Shown here one piece after another: positions 26,673 to 32,000 of a stretch of 32,000 nt of DNA (positions are counted from its first letter, which is position 1; each line of letters starts with the position of its first letter). A model generated the notes under the pieces. That model ran no database searches, was not told the DNA's origin, and saw only the letters and a list, made by a program, of their open reading frames with translations. Origin of the DNA: Candidatus Nanobsidianus stetteri. Lineage in GTDB: Archaea > Nanobdellota > Nanobdellia > Nanobdellales > Nanobdellaceae. The DNA lies in contig APJZ01000007.1 of assembly GCA_000387965.1 (NCBI GenBank), positions 14,357 to 46,356 of the forward strand, read 5' to 3'. A program made the translations under genes and the position numbers.

Positions 26673-27280
26673 AATTTTAATATTCCTTCCCTCTTATCTT
26701 TATTTAATATTTCTTTTATTGTTTTAAAATCTTGATCAAAATATTCTCTCCATTCTTTATGATATAATGTAGATGCTGGATGTAATGTTGGAATTATTGT
26801 AATATTTTTTCCCCATTTATTTACTTTAAATATTTTTCCTCTTAATTTTGTTATTGAGGAAAATTTTAATTTAAAATAATCGAAAATCCATTTTGTTGAA
26901 TAATGACCTAAAGTTACTATTATATCTGGCTGAATTATTTCTAATTGTTTTTCCAACCAAATAGAACATGCCTTTATTTCTTCTTCTTCAGGTTCTCTAT
27001 TTTCTGGAGGCCTGCATTTAACAACATTAGTTATATATACATCTTTTCTATCCATATTTAATATATTTTTTATATTTTCAGTTAATACTTGTCCAGCTCT
27101 TCCAACAAAAGGTTTTCCCTGTTTATCCTCTTCTCTACCAGGTGCTTCTCCTATAAATAATATCTTTGAATTTGGATTACCATCACCAGGAACATAATTT
27201 GTTTTAAATTTATATAAAGGGCATCTTGTACATTTTAATATTTGATTATTTAATTCTTCAATCATTTTTTCTTTATCCAT
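26666..27280 (-). CDS. udg: Uracil-DNA glycosylase, family 4 (Fe-S type)
   Basis: 204 aa. CTRCPL...GDGNPNSKILFIGEAPGREEDKQGKPFVGRAGQVL (GEAPG motif), VVKCRPP, KACSIW (cluster Cys) and TLHPASTLY (motif B). Confidence 0.88.
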   Translation of the reverse strand: MDKEKMIEELNNQILKCTRCPLYKFKTNYVPGDGNPNSKILFIGEAPGREEDKQGKPFVGRAGQVLTENIKNILNMDRKDVYITNVVKCRPPENREPEEEEIKACSIWLEKQLEIIQPDIIVTLGHYSTKWIFDYFKLKFSSITKLRGKIFKVNKWGKNITIIPTLHPASTLYHKEWREYFDQDFKTIKEILNKDKREGILKFI

Positions 27281-27313
27281 TAAAAATATAAGTATGATAA
27301 TTATTTTAGTTTA

Positions 27314-28144
27314 ATGTTTGCACATGCTCAAGGTGAATATGATAAATCAAAATGGATAATAGTAGGAATCCCATCCGAAATTGGTAGTTTATCTCATGTA
27401 AAAAATTATATTGAGGGTCCAGAATCAATTAGAGACGCATCTTATAGAATATTTTCTCCAATATTTGGAGATATAAATATGGAAGAAATATATGATTATG
27501 GTGATATAGACTTAGAAGATATAAAAGATCTGGATAAATTATATGAAAAAATATATAATGAAATTAAAAAGATATATAGAAAAGATAAAAAATATATATT
27601 TTTTGGAGGAGATCATTCAATAACATATCCAATATTAAAAATTGTTAAAGAAAATTGGGAAGATTTTTATTTATTGTATTTTGATGCTCATCCAGATATA
27701 CATCCAGATCCATATCCAAATTATCAAAGTTTTATTTATCATTTAATAAAGGAAAATTATATTGAACCTGAAAAAATTATTTTTGTTGGTATATCTAATC
27801 TATCATTCGAAGAAAAAAATATAATAAAAGAATGGGGGATAAAATATTATAATCCTTTGGATGTTTGGGATAATATAAAGGAAATTTCAAAAGAAATATC
27901 AGATATATTAAAAAATAAAAATTTATACATTTCAATTGATATAGATGTATTTGATACTGGATGCGGACATTGGTTAGAAGGTATTGGAATTAGACCATAT
28001 CATTATTTTAAGATTATAAAGGAATTAAGAAACATTAATTTAATTGGCTTTGATTTAGTAGAATTATTTTCAAATGAAGTATGTGATAATTTAGCATCAA
28101 AAATAGTAATAGAAACTATTGCAATGTTTAATAATAAATTATAA
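27314..28144 (+). CDS. speB: Ureohydrolase family protein, probable agmatinase
   Basis: 276 aa. Mn-ligand motifs FFGGDHSITYP, YFDAHPDIHPD and SIDIDVFD are all present. pdaD elsewhere in the window fits an arginine to agmatine to putrescine route. Confidence 0.8.
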   Translation: MFAHAQGEYDKSKWIIVGIPSEIGSLSHVKNYIEGPESIRDASYRIFSPIFGDINMEEIYDYGDIDLEDIKDLDKLYEKIYNEIKKIYRKDKKYIFFGGDHSITYPILKIVKENWEDFYLLYFDAHPDIHPDPYPNYQSFIYHLIKENYIEPEKIIFVGISNLSFEEKNIIKEWGIKYYNPLDVWDNIKEISKEISDILKNKNLYISIDIDVFDTGCGHWLEGIGIRPYHYFKIIKELRNINLIGFDLVELFSNEVCDNLASKIVIETIAMFNNKL

Positions 28145-28159
28145 TTATCTTTGAAAAAT

Positions 28160-29230
28160 TTAGATATGCTTTTTATATATTAAATGTATATAAATTAATA
28201 CTAATCCTATAATTGCTAATATTAGTAAGTTTATTGAAAATAAAATTATAAATAAAGGAAAATTAAATATAGTTCCTGGATTAATATAGTAGAAATAATT
28301 TGCTAAATTCATTAATATAAATGGTATTCCTGAAACAATTCCCAAAATTATTTTTTTACTGTCTGGAAACCTATGAAATAAATATGCATGAATTGCAGTA
28401 AAGAAAAATAAAAACATAATTATAATATTTTGAATAATGTAAATTATATTGTTTTTTGTTAAGAAGAATAGAATTGTAAAGAAGATAAATAGAAATATTA
28501 TTAATATTAAAATATATGCTGTGAACCCTTCCGGTTTATTATTAAATATTCTTTTAATCATCAACATTAAAATAAATTCTAATATTGTGAATAATGATAT
28601 GGTAAATAATATTAAAATATTTTGAACAATTAAAGAAAGTATTAACTGTATGGATAAGAAAAGAGAAATTATAGAGAAGATAATCTGTTTATTTTTGTCT
28701 AAAAAATTTAATGAAGTTAAATGATATATTTTTTTATCATCTAAATTGAATAAAAATCCTAAAAGAGATATAAAAAATAGTGAATAAATATTCATAATAT
28801 TATATGATGTTATAAATAAAACATATATTAGAGAAATTGTTAATATTATTATTTGCTTTCTATTTATAGATAATTTATTCTCTGCGACAAAATTTCCAAA
28901 GAAATAAAATAAAATAAATGAAAAGAATACATAAACAAAATATTTAAATAAAATATTATTGAAAATATTCAATATAGGCAATATAAAAATTAATAGATAT
29001 AAAATTTTTATCATATTGAATTTTGTATTTTTCAGGAAATAATATAAAGCAAAGAAGTAAAATATTCCAAATAAGATATAATATAAATTTGTAAAAAATA
29101 ATATAGATATTGGGAATATTATTAAATATAATATAAGTATATGTTTATTGATATTTTTGTTTTCGTCAATTAATTTATCTATAATAGTTTCACCCATTAT
29201 ATATAAAAATCCATTAAAACTTTTATGCAA
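28160..29230 (-). CDS. Polytopic membrane protein, possible paralog of the 402-aa membrane protein
   Basis: 356 aa with about 10 hydrophobic segments. Shares local patterns with ORF 22819..24027: YFLKNTKFNMIKILYLLIFI versus FILKNSKNTSLIYKLTFLYI, and AIHAYLFHRFPDSKKIILGIVSGI versus GIHHKIYKNSKRVITKALGISIGI. Its start overlaps the upstream pilin-like gene by 8 nt. Confidence 0.5.
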   Translation of the reverse strand: MHKSFNGFLYIMGETIIDKLIDENKNINKHILILYLIIFPISILFFTNLYYILFGIFYFFALYYFLKNTKFNMIKILYLLIFILPILNIFNNILFKYFVYVFFSFILFYFFGNFVAENKLSINRKQIIILTISLIYVLFITSYNIMNIYSLFFISLLGFLFNLDDKKIYHLTSLNFLDKNKQIIFSIISLFLSIQLILSLIVQNILILFTISLFTILEFILMLMIKRIFNNKPEGFTAYILILIIFLFIFFTILFFLTKNNIIYIIQNIIIMFLFFFTAIHAYLFHRFPDSKKIILGIVSGIPFILMNLANYFYYINPGTIFNFPLFIILFSINLLILAIIGLVLIYIHLIYKKHI

Positions 29231-29870
29231 TTCTAAAGTATGTTTGATTAATTCTTTCTAAATATGCTGTTACAAGTTGATAAAATGTAATATTATTTAC
29301 TGAATAGCATGGTATATAATTGCATATAATATCTCCATTTGTATTTTCAGTACATGTTACATTTCCAGATAAATTTGTTGGAAATAAGAATACAAAAGTT
29401 TGATTTGAAGTATTTTCATTACTTAAACAAAAACTATATAAAAAGTAATAGAAATCTGAATAATAGTTTTTACATATAGTTAATTTAATATAGTCTAAAG
29501 AATAATATACAGAAATTGGATATGTATATGTATTACAATTTCCATTAAAATTTATTATTCCAAAACTATAATTATCTATTTCTGCTCTAAATGTATAGGG
29601 AAATATTGTACAATTTGGAAGTTCATTATAATATGTTTGGTTAAATTCTTCTATTTTATCTAAAGTTGTAAAATATATTGGATAGCCAGGATATCCTAAA
29701 CAATTGGGAGAAAATAGGTCATATATTATATCTTGTTCATATGAAAAAGATGTTTGTTCTTGATAATTTGTTAAATTTACATTGGAAAATATAGCTAATA
29801 AAATTATCATTCCAACTAAAAATAATACTGTTAATATTGTTATAAATACTATGGAAAATTGCTCTTTCAT
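29223..29870 (-). CDS. Pilin-like-anchored Cys-rich secreted protein
   Basis: 215 aa. N-terminus MKEQFSIVFITILTVLFLVGMIILLAIF. Many Cys and N-x-S/T sequons. Confidence 0.5.
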   Translation of the reverse strand: MKEQFSIVFITILTVLFLVGMIILLAIFSNVNLTNYQEQTSFSYEQDIIYDLFSPNCLGYPGYPIYFTTLDKIEEFNQTYYNELPNCTIFPYTFRAEIDNYSFGIINFNGNCNTYTYPISVYYSLDYIKLTICKNYYSDFYYFLYSFCLSNENTSNQTFVFLFPTNLSGNVTCTENTNGDIICNYIPCYSVNNITFYQLVTAYLERINQTYFRIA

Positions 29871-29947
29871 TTTATTTAATTATTTAAAACATATTTTATA
29901 TCCTTAACTTTTTCTGTCAGATTTGTTTTCATTTTTCCATATAAGGA

Positions 29948-31186
29948 TTAACTGGATGGTTGTGGTACACATTCATTTGGGAAATTTATATTTTCTGGGC
30001 AAGTTGGATTATTTGGACATTGTCCAAGTAAACATGCAGGACATTGTTGTCCACCAATTATACACATATAACATTGAATTGGGATTGAATAATAATATTG
30101 AAAAGTATATATTACTTCATTATTTTGCTGATTTGTATTTAAATTACCACAACCACTTTGGGAAGTACATGAATATTGTTGATTTTCTAATGTACAACTT
30201 TGAGATATTATTTGTTTGCTTGTTGAATTATATACTTCAGTACAGTCATATACACAATTTAGATAATATTGATTTGTTATATTTTCATAAAAAACTATTG
30301 AAGTAATAGATATGGTTTGTGGATATGTATTACCATTATAATATACATTATATTGGTTATCAGAACATTTTAATATTACTCTACATGCAATTTCTTGTGG
30401 ATATAAACATATCTGGCATAATGGAATATTTACACATTGATATGGAATTATTGTTTCATTACATTGAATATTTGGATCATTTGAAAATTGCTCAAATTCT
30501 TGTGCACAAGTATATGTTGGGTTATTGTTTAAAGCATTTGAACAATCCTGATATGAACATTCTGAAAAATCTCCATTTTGAGAGAATTGATATGCTAAGT
30601 TATATAAATAGAATGCGGGATTGTTTGTTATATTTGATGTACTTGCATATGGAATTATTGAACCTGAAGAAGGTCCAGTAATATTTATATATAATCCTTG
30701 AACATAGACAGGAAAATTATAATTATATTCTCCGGAAATTATATTATTACAATCTCCGAAGATTCCTGCCTGATAATTATTTGAAAAATTGAAAGATACA
30801 TTATAAGGATAATAATATTGATATGCAGTTAAATATTGTTCTCCAAAAGTTAATAAAGTTTGATATCCAGAAGTTAGCAAGTTATTATAATATTGAATTG
30901 CATTTTGACATGATTGAGGTAATATACATCCGTAAGGATAAGAAGCCCAATTTTCTTTTCCCCATCCATTTGTTCCAGCTAAATATGATTCTGCATAACT
31001 TTCCTGTGTTAATAATGTTTGTAAATATCCCAAAAAATAGTTTGATAGTGTAGATAAAGAAGTGAATCTATTAAAAACAATATTTTGATTATAATTATAT
31101 GTCAATGCATAGAAAGATAGAAGGATTATTAATATAGCAATTGTTAGAAATAAAACTACATAAATAATTTCTGTTTGATTTCTCAT
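29948..31186 (-). CDS. Pilin-like-anchored Cys-rich secreted protein (full-length copy)
   Basis: 412 aa. N-terminus MRNQTEIIYVVLFLTIAILIILLSFYAL. About two dozen Cys, densest at the C-terminus (CYMCIIGGQQCPACLLGQCPNNPTCPENINFPNEC). The first 194 aa lie in repeat arm B. Confidence 0.6.
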   Translation of the reverse strand: MRNQTEIIYVVLFLTIAILIILLSFYALTYNYNQNIVFNRFTSLSTLSNYFLGYLQTLLTQESYAESYLAGTNGWGKENWASYPYGCILPQSCQNAIQYYNNLLTSGYQTLLTFGEQYLTAYQYYYPYNVSFNFSNNYQAGIFGDCNNIISGEYNYNFPVYVQGLYINITGPSSGSIIPYASTSNITNNPAFYLYNLAYQFSQNGDFSECSYQDCSNALNNNPTYTCAQEFEQFSNDPNIQCNETIIPYQCVNIPLCQICLYPQEIACRVILKCSDNQYNVYYNGNTYPQTISITSIVFYENITNQYYLNCVYDCTEVYNSTSKQIISQSCTLENQQYSCTSQSGCGNLNTNQQNNEVIYTFQYYYSIPIQCYMCIIGGQQCPACLLGQCPNNPTCPENINFPNECVPQPSS

Positions 31187-32000
31187 ATTTTTAATTTAAT
31201 ATGTAAATATATAAATGTTAATATAAGAATTGGCGTTACTAATCCATGTATAATTCCGAGTGCTATTAATATATTTGGTATAGATACTAAATGTATACTA
31301 CTTGGTCCTCCAAACAATACTGATTCAAGGAATTCTCCAGTTATATTTTGTAACAAGATTAAAATACCAATAGAAATACCTAGAGCTTTTGTAATTACTC
31401 TTTTACTATTTTTATATATTTTATGGTGTATACCCATAAAGAAAAATAGCATAGCTATTAGATATCTAGTATGTAAAGCTGCAGAAGTAAAATCTACATT
31501 TGATAAATATAGTTCTCCAAAAAATATTATTAAAACCATAGTAAAAAGTAAGAAATAACTTGTATAATTATTATATCTTAAATTTCTATAAACTAAAAAG
31601 TAAATTATAAATTCGTATATAGATAAAAATATTAGAGATTCATATTCGTAGATAATATATTTTCCAGTTGAACTTTCTATAATTAAACCATTATACAATA
31701 ATAATTTGTTTATAGCAATGATAATCTGTAATATTATTATAAGAAATATTAACAGAAATATATACTTTTTGTATTTATATATTTTTGATATCTTTTCATA
31801 TATTTTTGTTTTTACTATTAATATTTCATTGCTATTAAAATATGCAACTAGAAATAAGAATATGGCAAATATTATAAATAGAGATGAATATATTATTTTG
31901 AAAATATATAGATATAGAGAGACAAAGATAAGAAATAAAATTATTATATTTCCCACTGATACATCTAAATCTGTAGTTACAGAATTATATATTAATTCAA
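30604..32000 (-). repeat. Inverted repeat arm B (cut by window end)
   Basis: Reverse complement of 23210-24606, matching at every position I checked. The outer limit is unknown because the window ends. Confidence 0.9.
31183..32000 (-). CDS. Polytopic membrane protein (copy B; 5' end beyond window)
   Basis: Identical to the C-terminal 257+ aa of ORF 22819..24027. Identity continues to the last base of the window, so the GTG at 31956 used by the track is probably internal. Confidence 0.6.
   Translation of the reverse strand, partial: ELIYNSVTTDLDVSVGNIIILFLIFVSLYLYIFKIIYSSLFIIFAIFLFLVAYFNSNEILIVKTKIYEKISKIYKYKKYIFLLIFLIIILQIIIAINKLLLYNGLIIESSTGKYIIYEYESLIFLSIYEFIIYFLVYRNLRYNNYTSYFLLFTMVLIIFFGELYLSNVDFTSAALHTRYLIAMLFFFMGIHHKIYKNSKRVITKALGISIGILILLQNITGEFLESVLFGGPSSIHLVSIPNILIALGIIHGLVTPILILTFIYLHIKLKI

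Noticed and set aside
29923-30681. Plus-strand ORFs 29923..30306 and 30319..30681
   Set aside because: They are antisense to the 412-aa Cys-rich gene. The translations are His/Tyr/Leu-rich mirror products of its Asn/Gln/Tyr/Cys codons, with no coupling to neighbours.
1-32000. CRISPR arrays, tRNA/rRNA genes, transposases, alternative genetic code
   Set aside because: No periodic direct repeats and no GC-rich island of 70 nt or more were seen that would betray a structured RNA in this AT-rich background. No transposase-like ORF is present. All conserved genes read through cleanly with the standard code.

Overview
This is a very AT-rich archaeal window, roughly three quarters A+T by eye. All homology calls come from motif recognition by eye, since no searches could be run.

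Left third, minus strand: a canonical archaeal transcription/translation supercluster, rpoH, split rpoB (B'' then B'), split rpoA (A' then A''), rpl30e, rps12 and rps7. It has two oddities: nusA is absent, and an unknown membrane protein sits between rps12 and rps7. Pyruvoyl arginine decarboxylase (pdaD) and cytochrome bd oxidase (cydAB) follow, converging on a 5'-truncated xerA recombinase. The gene content, tiny intergenic spacers and frequent 4-nt start/stop overlaps suggest a small, streamlined genome, possibly DPANN or Nanoarchaeota-like. That lineage is an inference and cannot be proven from this window.

Centre, 14.5-24.6 kb, plus strand: the standout is a tightly coupled eleven-gene cluster with almost no recognisable families.
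- One protein has a canonical class III (type IV pilin-like) signal peptide.
- A 656-aa polytopic protein has a two-domain layout that looks like a FlaJ/TadC/PilC (T2SS-F) platform.
- At least six further secreted proteins have short basic N-termini followed by one hydrophobic helix. They are Cys-rich and sequon-rich.
- One pilin-like-anchored protein carries an intact papain-like (C1) cysteine protease domain.
- There is also a DUF333-like, C-terminally anchored Cys-rich protein and a polytopic membrane protein.
- No secretion ATPase or prepilin peptidase is present anywhere in the window.

I read this as a divergent type IV pilus-like cell-surface or host-contact apparatus.

Repeat structure: the last two genes of the cluster lie in a perfect inverted repeat of at least 1.4 kb (23210-24606 versus 30604-32000, cut by the window end). 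The repeat brackets a 6-kb segment carrying rps24e, rps27ae, a DUF192-like gene, a family 4 UDG, agmatinase and a second pilin-like plus membrane-protein pair. The inner repeat boundary coincides with a truncation or frame change of the duplicated gene.

A textbook C/D box sRNA candidate overlaps the UDG stop codon. No tRNA, rRNA, CRISPR array or transposase was seen.
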